Below, in pieces: positions 48,093 through 56,755 of a stretch of 64,000 nucleotides of DNA; positions within the stretch are counted from its first letter, which is position 1; each line of letters starts with the position of its first letter. Under the pieces are notes generated by a model. It had not been told where the DNA came from. It did not search any database and saw nothing but the letters and a program-made list of their open reading frames with translations. The translations under genes were made by a program, and so were the position numbers. Source of the stretch: Candidatus Falkowbacteria bacterium (GTDB lineage: Bacteria; Patescibacteriota; Patescibacteriia; Patescibacteriales; UBA12075); assembly GCA_043801965.1 (NCBI GenBank), contig JAZDLN010000011.1, positions 44,511 through 108,510 on the forward strand. The letters are read 5' to 3'.

Positions 48093-48600
48093 AATTAAAA
48101 AACTCTATGGTTTTCCGTATCTCTTCCCGTATCCCCAATATGCAATCATAATTCTCTACTTCCAGGGCGTTTACCCAGGCGTAATCCGTAAAGGCACCAG
48201 CCTCTAATTTAACCTCGCCGCTTTCGTATTTTGCAGCGAATTTGACTAGGACGACCGGAATGCCGTCCGGACGGACGAAAGCCACGCTGTTTATGTAAAC
48301 AAGATTATCGCCGATCTTAACGCCGGCTTCTTCCCGCGCTTCCCGCTTCAATAAATCTTCCACGGCGTTCTCGAAATCGAATACGTCGCCGTTCATGCGC
48401 GTGGGCTTGGACATATCCAGATTATCCCATTCGAGTTTGCCGCCTGGCACGCAGTATTTTCCCGGATGAACCTTTTCGCGGTCGCTTCTTTTTAATATCA
48501 GACAGCGGCCATCCTCTTCGCGGTAGATCACGACATTGGCGACAAAATAAAAAAGCTTGTCAGGCTTGGCGTTGTCTAAGCTTATTTTTTCCGCGGGCAT
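48091..48600 (-). CDS. NUDIX hydrolase
   Basis: Nudix box GGKLEWDN...LLKREAREEAGV. Confidence 0.8.
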   Translation of the reverse strand: MPAEKISLDNAKPDKLFYFVANVVIYREEDGRCLILKRSDREKVHPGKYCVPGGKLEWDNLDMSKPTRMNGDVFDFENAVEDLLKREAREEAGVKIGDNLVYINSVAFVRPDGIPVVLVKFAAKYESGEVKLEAGAFTDYAWVNALEVENYDCILGIREEIRKTIEFFN

Positions 48601-48674
48601 GAATTTTGGTTTATCCTTAAAATAAATATATCACACTAACATTATAACACAGAAAGCTAGGAAAAAACACAAAT

Positions 48675-48700
48675 AAAAAATACCCTACGGAGTATTTTTT
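48675..48700 (-). terminator. weak AT-rich hairpin/T-run after tRNA-Arg
   Basis: aaaaaatacc-ctac-ggagtatttttt. Confidence 0.4.
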
Positions 48701-48705
48701 ATTTG

Positions 48706-48777
48706 TGCTCTCGGTTGGAATCGAACCAACATTACAAGTTCCGGAAACTTGCGTCCTATCCATTGAACGACGAGAGC
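48706..48777 (-). tRNA. tRNA-Arg (anticodon CCG)
   Basis: Reverse complement GCTCTCGTCGTTCAATGGATAGGACGCAAGTTTCCGGAACTTGTAATGTTGGTTCGATTCCAACCGAGAGCA. Anticodon loop TTCCGGA. Confidence 0.9.
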
Positions 48778-48791
48778 GTTTTTATCATTGT

Positions 48792-48892
48792 ACTTGCGTC
48801 CTACTTGCCCGCCGAAGTCCCGACGCTTCGGGACGCAGGTGGGTCCATTGTCCGCCAAAGGAGGATCAGCCTCTGGCTGAAACGACGAGAGC
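48792..48892 (-). pseudogene. tRNA-Arg 5'-half copy 1 (positions 1-31) with 30- and 40-nt hairpin insertions in the D arm
   Basis: acttgcgtccta[40 nt]tccattg[30 nt]aacgacgagagc is collinear with 48749-48777. Confidence 0.6.
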
Positions 48893-48912
48893 ATAAAATA
48901 TTATATTGTAAA

Positions 48913-49008
48913 TGCGTCCTACTTGCCCGCCGAAGTCCCGACGCTTCGGGACGCAGGCGGGTCCATTGTCCGTCAAAGGCGGGGAGCCTCTGGCTGAAAC
49001 GACGAGAG
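48913..49008 (-). pseudogene. tRNA-Arg 5'-half copy 2, tandem duplicate of copy 1
   Basis: Same architecture about 120 nt further on, with a few substitutions (ggtggg to ggcggg, gaggatcagcc to gcggggagcc). Confidence 0.6.
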
Positions 49009-49155
49009 TGTTGTTTATTTTTTTGCTTGCGCCCTGCCCGACCGCATAAAGGCGTAAAAAACGAATATGCTCCCATATTACATGTTTTGACGGAATTTGT
49101 CCAGTGTCGGAAATATGCTATAATAAGAATAATCTAAGTAAATTAAATAAAAAAT

Positions 49156-49560
49156 ATGCCTTTACTAGAATGGAAAGACGACTATAGCGTAGGTGTCGAA
49201 GAATTAGACGATCAGCACAAAAAAATGTTCGGGCTGATAAACGGCCTGCATGATAATATGCAGACAAAGATTATGGATAAAAACGACCTGGAAAAATTAT
49301 TGTCCGAATTGGCCGCTTACGGCAATAATCATCTCACCACCGAAGAAAAATATTTCACGCTTTACGGTTATCCGCTAAAAGAAGAACATGAAAAAGCTCA
49401 TGGATTTTACCGGGAAAAGATCAAAAACTTTCTAGCGGGAGAAAGCAACCATTTCGCGTCATTCGAAATAATAGATTTTCTGGAGGACTGGTGGCTTGGG
49501 CATATCATAACCATGGACAAAGCCTATGAGCCGTTTTTTAAGGAAAAAATAAAATCATGA
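49156..49560 (+). CDS. hemerythrin-like metal-binding protein
   Basis: LLEWKDDYSVGVEELDDQHKKMF opening, with later H...E...H and WLGHI motifs. Confidence 0.85.
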   Translation: MPLLEWKDDYSVGVEELDDQHKKMFGLINGLHDNMQTKIMDKNDLEKLLSELAAYGNNHLTTEEKYFTLYGYPLKEEHEKAHGFYREKIKNFLAGESNHFASFEIIDFLEDWWLGHIITMDKAYEPFFKEKIKS

Positions 49561-50150
49561 AGATCGTATTCGCCACCCATAACCCGGGCAAACTCGTTGA
49601 GATGAAAAAAATGCTCCCCAGCTTCGAGGTTTTAAGCGCTTCCGAGGCCGGAGTATCTGAAGACGTGGAGGAAGACGGGGAAACTTTTGCCGCCAACGCC
49701 TTGAAAAAAGCGCGTTTCGTCGCGTCTAAAACCGGCGAGTGGGCGGTAGCGGACGATTCCGGGCTGTGCATCGACGCGTTAGGGGGAGAACCCGGCGTCT
49801 ACACCGCCCGCTGGGCTCTTGGCCGCGACCTGGTCGAATATACCCTGGAACGAACCAAGGATGTCCCGGAAAAAAAACGCGGCGCGCGCTTCGAAAGCGC
49901 CGTTGCCATAGTTTCACCGGCCGGTTCAGAAAAAGTTTTCACGGGAGTGGTCCGGGGAGAGCTCGCCCTCGCTCCCCGCGGACAGGCGCTCCCCAAACTT
50001 CCTTATGACGTTATTTTTATTCCGGAAGGATATAAAAAAACCTTCGCCGAAATGAACGAAGATGAAAAAAATTCCTTAAGCCACCGCGGCCAGGCCTTCC
50101 GGCTTATGCGGGCTTATCTGGAAAACGCTTTACCGGAAAATATTGGCTGA
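49557..50150 (+). CDS. rdgB: non-canonical purine NTP pyrophosphatase (RdgB/HAM1)
   Basis: KIVFATHNPGKLVEM, DDSGLCIDALGGEPGVYTARW and SHRGQAF motifs. 4-nt overlap with the hemerythrin gene. Confidence 0.88.
   Translation: MKIVFATHNPGKLVEMKKMLPSFEVLSASEAGVSEDVEEDGETFAANALKKARFVASKTGEWAVADDSGLCIDALGGEPGVYTARWALGRDLVEYTLERTKDVPEKKRGARFESAVAIVSPAGSEKVFTGVVRGELALAPRGQALPKLPYDVIFIPEGYKKTFAEMNEDEKNSLSHRGQAFRLMRAYLENALPENIG
50099..50132 (+). repeat. 34-bp direct repeat, left copy (inside rdgB 3' end)
   Basis: ccggcttatgcgggcttatctggaaaacgcttta, identical to 52018-52051. Confidence 0.85.
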
Positions 50151-50186
50151 AAAAATTTAACGTCCGCTATTCTACTAGGATTTTAA

Positions 50187-50226
50187 CAAAAAAACCACCC
50201 ATATTTATGGGTGAATTTGTTTTTTA
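50187..50226. terminator. bidirectional terminator between rdgB and the ALDH gene
   Basis: aaaaaacc-cacccat-attt-atgggtg-aatttgtttttt. Confidence 0.6.
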
Positions 50227-51804
50227 TTAACTTTGTATCAGGCCGCTTATCGGAGGAAAAGGACCGATATCACGGATAATACAACGCGTGGCGCTCCAGG
50301 TCTGGATGATGGCTTCGGGCGTACCGATGCCGGCGCCGCGCGGGTCGCCGCAGGGTCCGAACCAATGGTTTTGCGGAGCGCCGGTCGTGCGAGCCCGGAG
50401 ACCGGCGTAGGTCGTGCCGTTAACTGTCTCTCCCAGGATTTTACCGATAAACTCCTGATCATTAGAGACTACGGCCGCCGTCAGGTGGTTTTTCATCCGC
50501 TCGCAGGCAAACATGATCATATCCAATTCGGACTCTTTGTAGGTAGTCACGACCTGGACCGGTCCGAAAACCTCAGTGGTCACAAGTTTAAATTTGTCGG
50601 GATAAATAATCTCAACCAGAGGAACGTACACGGCCGTCGGCTCAATGGCGCCGTAGCAGGCCGGGATGCTGTGGCCCCTTAGGGGTTTACCGCCGAACAG
50701 GATTTTTACTCCCGAAATAGCGGCCAGCTTGCTGATATGCTCAAGCATCGCTTCGGTCGTCCGGGTTAGAACCGGCCCGATTGTCAAGTTTTCCAGACTT
50801 CTTTGCCCGGCAAGCGCCTTGAGACGGGCGAAAAAAACGTTCGGGCCGCCGGCTAATTTCTCCGGCACGAATAAGATTGATTGGGCGGAACATTTCTGTC
50901 CGCTGGCCGCGTAGGCGTCCTGGTCGCATTGCCAGGCGATATAGGGAAGCGCTTCCGCTGGGATATCGGCGCCTAAAATCTTCCAGTCGAACCCGGCGTC
51001 TTCTATTCGGATCTTGCCGTTAAGCATTTTGGCCAGTTTTTCGGCGACCGTGCTTGAACCGGTAAACTGAGTCAGACGCAAATCATCTTTGGCTTCGCGC
51101 AATAGATTATTCATGGTTTTGCCGTCGCAGTGTATTAAATCCACGTCCGTCATGGGCAGGCCGCAGAAATGGAGCAGGCGTAAAAACTGTTCGATTACCA
51201 CCGAAACCTTGGTCGCGGCCTTGACCAGCGGACGGTTGCCCATGTATAGGGCGCCCATCATATGAAGCGCCGGAATCTCCATCGGAAAATTAAAAGGCGC
51301 GATGATCGCGACCGGACCATAGGGCCAGCGGAAATGCTGCGGCTGTTGCCCGGCGTGATCCCCAGGGTCAATGCTGCCGCGCGCCAAAAACCGAACCTGG
51401 TCGCCGCTAAAATTTTTTAAAAACTGGGCGGTAACCGTTACTTCGCCGAGGCACTGCTTATATGACTTGGGCATGACCGACTGGATCAGGCGGGCAAAAT
51501 AATCCGCTACGGCCGCGTCTTCGAGCGTCGCGGCGACGCGGAAAGAAACCTGCGCCAGCATAAGATAGCGCTCCACGTTCTTAAAGGGGTTATGCAGTCC
51601 GCTTTTGGGGCAGGATTTAAGCCCATTAATAAACGACCTAAGCTCGGAAACCCCGGTATTAGGATATTTAAGCATGGGCTCGCCGTTCAAAGGATTTACG
51701 AGCGTGGCGTAGCGGGCCGCACCCGTCCATTTTCCGTTAACCAGGTTTTGAAGCTTTTGTTTTCTTGACTCCAGATCTTTTAAAAAATCACCGATCTTAT
51801 TCAT
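50227..51804 (-). CDS. aldehyde dehydrogenase family protein, 1-pyrroline-5-carboxylate dehydrogenase-like
   Basis: FTGSSTVAEKL and catalytic GQKCSAQS motifs. 525 aa. Locally GC-rich, with many overlapping frame ORFs. Confidence 0.7.
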   Translation of the reverse strand: MNKIGDFLKDLESRKQKLQNLVNGKWTGAARYATLVNPLNGEPMLKYPNTGVSELRSFINGLKSCPKSGLHNPFKNVERYLMLAQVSFRVAATLEDAAVADYFARLIQSVMPKSYKQCLGEVTVTAQFLKNFSGDQVRFLARGSIDPGDHAGQQPQHFRWPYGPVAIIAPFNFPMEIPALHMMGALYMGNRPLVKAATKVSVVIEQFLRLLHFCGLPMTDVDLIHCDGKTMNNLLREAKDDLRLTQFTGSSTVAEKLAKMLNGKIRIEDAGFDWKILGADIPAEALPYIAWQCDQDAYAASGQKCSAQSILFVPEKLAGGPNVFFARLKALAGQRSLENLTIGPVLTRTTEAMLEHISKLAAISGVKILFGGKPLRGHSIPACYGAIEPTAVYVPLVEIIYPDKFKLVTTEVFGPVQVVTTYKESELDMIMFACERMKNHLTAAVVSNDQEFIGKILGETVNGTTYAGLRARTTGAPQNHWFGPCGDPRGAGIGTPEAIIQTWSATRCIIRDIGPFPPISGLIQS

Positions 51805-52017
51805 CTTTCTCCTCCCGATACGTCTTTATGGCTCTTAAATAATTATAAATGTGCGCGATAAATTATTTACAAACTTAACATACGCGCCGCTCGGCGTCAA
51901 TCTCAGCGCGCAACTACCGTAAATAAAAACAAGCCGCCTAAACGTCTGTTTTATTCTTTACGTATGTTTACTTAAATAAATTATTTTTTATAAAGACGCA
52001 TACACTCCAGCGAGTTG

Positions 52018-52051
52018 CCGGCTTATGCGGGCTTATCTGGAAAACGCTTTA
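52018..52051 (+). repeat. 34-bp direct repeat, right copy (orphan rdgB 3' end)
   Basis: Identical to 50099-50132. Read in the rdgB frame it continues aaa taa, giving ...YLENALK-stop. Confidence 0.85.
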
Positions 52052-52072
52052 AAATAAAATAGCTTAATTAAT

Positions 52073-52924
52073 TTAAGCAACCATTGCTTTGGCCGGGGCT
52101 TCTGTCTCGGATTTTCTATTTTTAGCATACGCGCCCATTTCGCCTCCACTCATCTGATTATTGGCCTCTTTTCTTAATTTTCTTATAAACATGTCTAAGT
52201 CTGTATATTTTTTTTCTACCTCCGGATTTATATATGATATAAAAAAACTAAGTGTGCCCATAATATTATGCAATTTCGGCACGTTGTCTGATTTTGCGGA
52301 CATTCCTAGGCGTATAGCCTGCCGCAATTTTTCCACCGACATCTTATCAAGGGCCACATGTCTTATCCGATCATCCAAAGAGCGTCTTTCAAATGCTTCT
52401 TTGCCGTCAGGCGAAAGTTTTTCTTTAAAAGCGGAAATATCGTCTTCTGTTACATCTCCTTCCGCGATCATAAAATCCAGAATCAACTCTTCCGGATTAA
52501 CCGGATTTTCTTCTTCAAAGTATTCTTCTTTATGCCTTGGATTGGGATGGTGTATACAGTTCTCCCCCCACTCCTTAACGAGCCTTTTAAGATTCCGGAA
52601 TTTTCCGTTTCCGTCCGTAATGCTTTGATCCAAAAAATTCAGGGCATCGCTAATGGTATTCATGGAAAACGTTTGAGCACCGTCCGAAGTTAAAAACGGT
52701 ATCAGATGTTTAAGTTCCTCTTCCGAAAATTTAAACAAAACCGCGTATTCGGCCTGCTTATCCTGATCGATCATGTCAAAGCGTTTCTGGCGCTGAGGAA
52801 TTAAAGACATTCTTAGATTTTTAATATCTTCCGGCGTGACCTTGGTTTTTAAAATCGCAAAGTCCGGCGCTTTGTACGGAGCCGGTTCCTGGCTATTTAA
52901 AGTTATTTCTCTAATATTTTCCAT
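52073..52924 (-). CDS. hypothetical protein
   Basis: 283-aa ORF with no recognisable motif. Confidence 0.5.
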   Translation of the reverse strand: MENIREITLNSQEPAPYKAPDFAILKTKVTPEDIKNLRMSLIPQRQKRFDMIDQDKQAEYAVLFKFSEEELKHLIPFLTSDGAQTFSMNTISDALNFLDQSITDGNGKFRNLKRLVKEWGENCIHHPNPRHKEEYFEEENPVNPEELILDFMIAEGDVTEDDISAFKEKLSPDGKEAFERRSLDDRIRHVALDKMSVEKLRQAIRLGMSAKSDNVPKLHNIMGTLSFFISYINPEVEKKYTDLDMFIRKLRKEANNQMSGGEMGAYAKNRKSETEAPAKAMVA

Positions 52925-53099
52925 ATTTTTGAATTAAAATTTTTAGCACCATTCTAGTATTTAATTTTAGCAAATTTTAATGATTTTGTCAAATGATTGC
53001 GGAGATTTAAATTGACACTTATTTAATTTTATGATATTGTATATTATTATTTATTTAAATTGTTCCTTAAAGACTAAATTATAGCGAAAGGATAACATA

Positions 53100-53513
53100 A
53101 TGAAAACCGCTTATATGTGGCTCTTGTGTTCTATTACCGCGACCGGCTTCGCGGGGTGGGCCATAGTATTCCAAAAAGCCGGAATACCTCCTTACTGGCG
53201 TCCGCTTCTTCTTATGCTTAGCGGACTGCTGCCGGCTCTCATACCCCTCTTAGCGGCGCGAAATATTTCTCCATTATTCGATAAATGGTCGTTTTGGAGC
53301 GTGCTGGCGATCGTTACGGCCCTTCTAAACGGCGTCGCCGTAATAACGTACGGCTATGCGGCTAAAAACTGGGAATTATCGCGAGTCGTGCCGATCGTCC
53401 TGACCCTTACCGTCATCTTATCCATTATCGGCGGACGATATTTACTGGGTGAACCGATCACGATCAATAAGATAATCGGCCTTTTCGTGGCAATTTACTT
53501 CTTTTCGAGATAA
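53100..53513 (+). CDS. small DMT/EamA-like 4-5 TM membrane protein
   Basis: 137-aa hydrophobic ORF. RBS aaaggat. Confidence 0.5.
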   Translation: MKTAYMWLLCSITATGFAGWAIVFQKAGIPPYWRPLLLMLSGLLPALIPLLAARNISPLFDKWSFWSVLAIVTALLNGVAVITYGYAAKNWELSRVVPIVLTLTVILSIIGGRYLLGEPITINKIIGLFVAIYFFSR

Positions 53514-53524
53514 GGAGGAAAAAC

Positions 53525-53845
53525 ATGATCGTAAGATGGCTCGTTTATTCACTGGTCGTTTGGGGTGTGTGCTCTCTATCGCCCGGAATCAGCGTCAAAA
53601 ATTTCTGGACCGCGATGCTTGTATCAGCCCTTATGGGGGTCATTAACCCGTCCGTTAAGCCTGTGCTCATTCTCATAACTTTGCCCGTTACCATCATAAC
53701 AATGGGCCTGTTCTTGTTCGTAATAAATGCCTTGATGCTTATGCTGGCATCCACCGTTGTTAATGGCTTTATTATAGCGAATTTTTGGGCGGCGCTACTT
53801 GCGTCACTGGTAATTTCCATCGTTTATAACTTAGCAATTGATTAA
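53525..53845 (+). CDS. phage holin family IV / YvlD (DUF360) membrane protein
   Basis: PGI.V..FWTA.L.A...G.IN...KP.L...TLP.TI.T.GLFLFVINALML pattern. RBS aaggagg. Confidence 0.7.
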   Translation: MIVRWLVYSLVVWGVCSLSPGISVKNFWTAMLVSALMGVINPSVKPVLILITLPVTIITMGLFLFVINALMLMLASTVVNGFIIANFWAALLASLVISIVYNLAID

Positions 53846-53906
53846 ACAAAAGCCCTTGAAAAATCAGGGGTTTTTTATTTTGTATTAGCTATAAAATAAT
53901 TTTCCC

Positions 53907-53935
53907 TTGACAATTTTTATATATTGTGTTATGAT
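53907..53935 (+). promoter_or_regulatory. near-consensus promoter for the 59-aa ORF
   Basis: TTGACA, 17-nt spacer, TATGAT. Confidence 0.5.
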
Positions 53936-53973
53936 TACATTATTAAAAACTAACCCAAAAAAAGGAGGCCAAG

Positions 53974-54153
53974 ATGGCCGAAGAATTCAAAAAAATCGAA
54001 ATCGTTCAGGTGCCGGACCGTAGCGGTCCGGTAAAAATCAAAATCGTGGACGAGATCTGGGTCGGCACGACTGCCCGGGTGTCTTTCCCGGTCTATGATG
54101 GTGGTCCATACCGGACCATCCCCAATATGACCGGGCACGCCATGTGCGCCTAA
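53974..54153 (+). CDS. 59-aa hypothetical protein, missed by the 60-aa ORF cutoff
   Basis: RBS aaaggagg 5 nt upstream of the ATG. Translation MAEEFKKIEIVQVPDRSGPVKIKIVDEIWVGTTARVSFPVYDGGPYRTIPNMTGHAMCA. Has its own promoter and terminator. Confidence 0.55.
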   Translation: MAEEFKKIEIVQVPDRSGPVKIKIVDEIWVGTTARVSFPVYDGGPYRTIPNMTGHAMCA

Positions 54154-54174
54154 CCTGCCTCTCGCCAACATTCA

Positions 54175-54228
54175 CCCCCGCGAAACGATCCAAAACAACG
54201 GAAAGCTTCGACGGGGGCTTTCTTTTTT
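54175..54228 (+). terminator. hairpin plus T-run
   Basis: cccccgcgaa...ttcgacggggg followed by ctttctttttt. Confidence 0.5.
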
Positions 54229-54239
54229 CGATTTATCCC

Positions 54240-54268
54240 TTGACAATAATGTTAGAATAATATAACAT
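54240..54268 (+). promoter_or_regulatory. promoter for the DUF2178-HTH pair
   Basis: TTGACA, 17-nt spacer, TAACAT. Shares the cccttgacaat context with the promoter at 53907. Confidence 0.4.
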
Positions 54269-54315
54269 ATAAATATAGTTAGAAATATATAACTTTAATA
54301 ATAACCAAAAAATTT

Positions 54316-54702
54316 ATGACCAAAAAACATTATACCGGCTGCCGCCTGGTTATAATTATGGCCTTAAGCGCGGCCATCGCCGTCAGTATCAATGCCGCCA
54401 ACTATTACCTGCCCCTAATTTTCGTGATAACCGCTATGGCCGGACTGCACTATTGTCGCAAACAGCTCAAGACCGATGATGTTATGGCGGACGAACGTGA
54501 TTATAAAATTGCCGGCGACGCCGCTCGTTATACGATTACGATCTACGGAGGTCTGGGAGCGATCGGCACTTTCGTTTTCATGGCCGTTTCCGATAAAAGC
54601 GGGTGGCTCTACGACCTGAGTCAATATTCGGCCTATAGCGTCTGCTTCCTTATGCTCTTAAACGCCTTTTTATTCAAATACCTGTCTAACCGCGGAAAAT
54701 AA
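54316..54702 (+). CDS. DUF2178-like membrane protein
   Basis: 4 TM helices with a central [16 protein letters not shown] segment. Paired with a short XRE regulator, as is usual for this family. Confidence 0.55.
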   Translation: MTKKHYTGCRLVIIMALSAAIAVSINAANYYLPLIFVITAMAGLHYCRKQLKTDDVMADERDYKIAGDAARYTITIYGGLGAIGTFVFMAVSDKSGWLYDLSQYSAYSVCFLMLLNAFLFKYLSNRGK

Positions 54703-54704
54703 TT

Positions 54705-54899
54705 ATGAAAAACAAGATCAAGGAACTGCGTACTCTTTATAACCTGACCCAGGAAGAATTGGCTCGCCGGGTAGGCGTCCGGCGGGAAACGATTCTGTTT
54801 TTGGAACAGGGTAAATACAATCCCTCGCTTAAACTCGCACATGACGTCGCCCGTGAACTAAAGACCAGCATCGACGAATTATTTGATTTTGAAAATTAA
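54705..54899 (+). CDS. XRE-family short HTH transcriptional regulator
   Basis: [43 protein letters not shown]. Confidence 0.85.
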   Translation: MKNKIKELRTLYNLTQEELARRVGVRRETILFLEQGKYNPSLKLAHDVARELKTSIDELFDFEN

Positions 54900-54954
54900 G
54901 GCGGGCTGAAATTAAAAAGGAACGTTTTTTCACGTTCCTTTGTTTTTTATGTTT

Positions 54955-55137
54955 TTATTCGTCTAACCAGCTTTTACCGCACCGCGTGCAAAAACATCCG
55001 AACATGATCTGCGCAATATGCCGTCCGTTGCCGTGTTTTTTCTGTTCGCATTTTTCCTGGCATTCCTTACAGGCTCCGTCATTTTTATTGTCAATCGTCT
55101 TACCGCAAAGACAGCAATTTCCCCTCTGGCTTTCCAT
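54955..55137 (-). CDS. small cysteine-rich (zinc-ribbon-like) protein
   Basis: CCLCGK...CKEC...CTRCGK. Confidence 0.35.
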   Translation of the reverse strand: MESQRGNCCLCGKTIDNKNDGACKECQEKCEQKKHGNGRHIAQIMFGCFCTRCGKSWLDE

Positions 55138-55142
55138 CTAAA

Positions 55143-55736
55143 TTATCCCCCACTTGTTATTTTGCGGTCTTTTTCAATTTTCAAAATAACGTCTCTTAAT
55201 AACGATAATTTTTCGGCTACCTGTTCGCTCGCCGCCCGAAGCCAAGCGCCTTCTTCCCGTTTTTTCATGTATTCAATCTTTTCTGTATCGCGGCGGTAAA
55301 CCGGCTTAAGGCCATAGCCCTTTATGATTTTATCGCGCCAATCGCCGGGCACATGTTCCGGTTTTAAAGTTTCAATTTTAAGCTGGGCGATAATTTTAGC
55401 CGCGTCCAATTCGTCCAGGTGATCGATCAGTTTCGCTATGTCGCTGTTTAAGCTGGCGTCCAGTTCGCCGTTTTCGCAATCCACTTCTACGGTACAAAAG
55501 GGGCCATTAGCCCGACCGGAAGAAAAAATCATCCAATAGCCATCCCGATAGGCGCGGCCCTTGATCGGGGAAAATCCGCCGCGCCCGTCCGCCATTAACG
55601 CTAACCAGGGGATTTTTTGCCACAAATCCTTCTGAACCCGGCAATAATCCCTGATTCCGCGCTCAAGCTCTTTTTCTGTTTCTTTAGATTTCTTTCGCAA
55701 ACCCGATAACTCTTTTTTGATTATTTGATTTTTCAT
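55143..55736 (-). CDS. hypothetical protein
   Basis: 197-aa ORF with no motif recognised. Confidence 0.45.
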   Translation of the reverse strand: MKNQIIKKELSGLRKKSKETEKELERGIRDYCRVQKDLWQKIPWLALMADGRGGFSPIKGRAYRDGYWMIFSSGRANGPFCTVEVDCENGELDASLNSDIAKLIDHLDELDAAKIIAQLKIETLKPEHVPGDWRDKIIKGYGLKPVYRRDTEKIEYMKKREEGAWLRAASEQVAEKLSLLRDVILKIEKDRKITSGG

Positions 55737-55942
55737 TTCCCGCTCCTTGCTTTAACGACTTAGCTAAAAAATTTTTTGGTTTTTCAAGGTTCGTTTATAA
55801 TATGATTTAATTATATAATTTGAAAATATTATAGTAAATTTTTATATACAAACTATGATAATTTTTTATAAATAATCAAAATATTTGTTTATTTTTAGAT
55901 AATTAGTTATACTACAAGTAGTAAATATTTTACGACAACCAT

Positions 55943-56674
55943 ATGATTGACTATAAGATAATATCCGATTTGGGATTAACAGATAAAGAAACGGCTCTTT
56001 ACATGGCTTGTCTCAAGTCTGGACCGTCCGGGGCTTCCGAGCTGGCCAAAACTACCGGCATTCAACGGACCCATATTTACGATCTGGCCGAAAAACTCGC
56101 GGACAAAGGTTTCCTGACCCAAACCAGGAAAGAGGATAAAAGATTATTCGCGGCCAGATCCCCGGAAGAGATACTCGCGGCCAAACGGATCGAACTGAAA
56201 AAATTCGCGGATAGCATTCCGGAACTTGAAAAATTGGCGAGCCGGAAGAATAACAGACCGAAGATCGTTTATTACGAAGGCGGCCGGGAGCTTAACAAAA
56301 TGATGGAGGGGTCGATCTGGGGCGAGGGCGAATGCCTGATCTGGGGCGATGACCTGTTCTACACCAAAGACGACAAAGAATATCAGAGAAGAAACATCGC
56401 GCAAAGGCTTAAAACCAATACCCGCTGCCGGGTCCTGGCCGCCGTCTCTAACGCGACCCTTGAATCGCAAAAAAAAGATAAAAAAGAGTTAAGGGAAACA
56501 AGGCTCCTGCCTCGGAACTTGTTCGAATCCAGGGTGAACCTGACCGTATACAAAAATAAAACCATGGTCGCCAACCATGCCAAGGATTTCGGTTTCGCGG
56601 TGGAAGACGAGGATTTCGCCAATACCCTGAAGGCGATCTTCGAGCTTATCTGGAAAAGTGGACGAGTTATTTAA
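55943..56674 (+). CDS. TrmB-family transcriptional regulator (second copy)
   Basis: LTDKETALYMACLKSGPSGASELAKTTGIQRTHIYDLAEKLADKGFL. Confidence 0.75.
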   Translation: MIDYKIISDLGLTDKETALYMACLKSGPSGASELAKTTGIQRTHIYDLAEKLADKGFLTQTRKEDKRLFAARSPEEILAAKRIELKKFADSIPELEKLASRKNNRPKIVYYEGGRELNKMMEGSIWGEGECLIWGDDLFYTKDDKEYQRRNIAQRLKTNTRCRVLAAVSNATLESQKKDKKELRETRLLPRNLFESRVNLTVYKNKTMVANHAKDFGFAVEDEDFANTLKAIFELIWKSGRVI

Positions 56675-56755
56675 AATTGCAGTATATTTTAATCGATTTC
56701 TTTATCTTCGGCAATAATGCTATAATAATAAAACATAAAAATTAACAGACGATCT

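Noticed and set aside
48703-49137. Track ORFs across the tRNA-Arg region, and the possibility that the ~120-nt tandem units are a CRISPR array
   Set aside because: The ORFs run through a tRNA gene and its relics. There are only two repeat units, each ~100 nt and tRNA-derived, with no short unique spacers and no cas genes, so this is not CRISPR.
53950-54171. 73-aa minus-strand ORF from the track
   Set aside because: It has no RBS or promoter. The opposite strand carries a 59-aa ORF with a consensus promoter, strong RBS and terminator, so the antisense frame is most likely an artefact of local GC richness.
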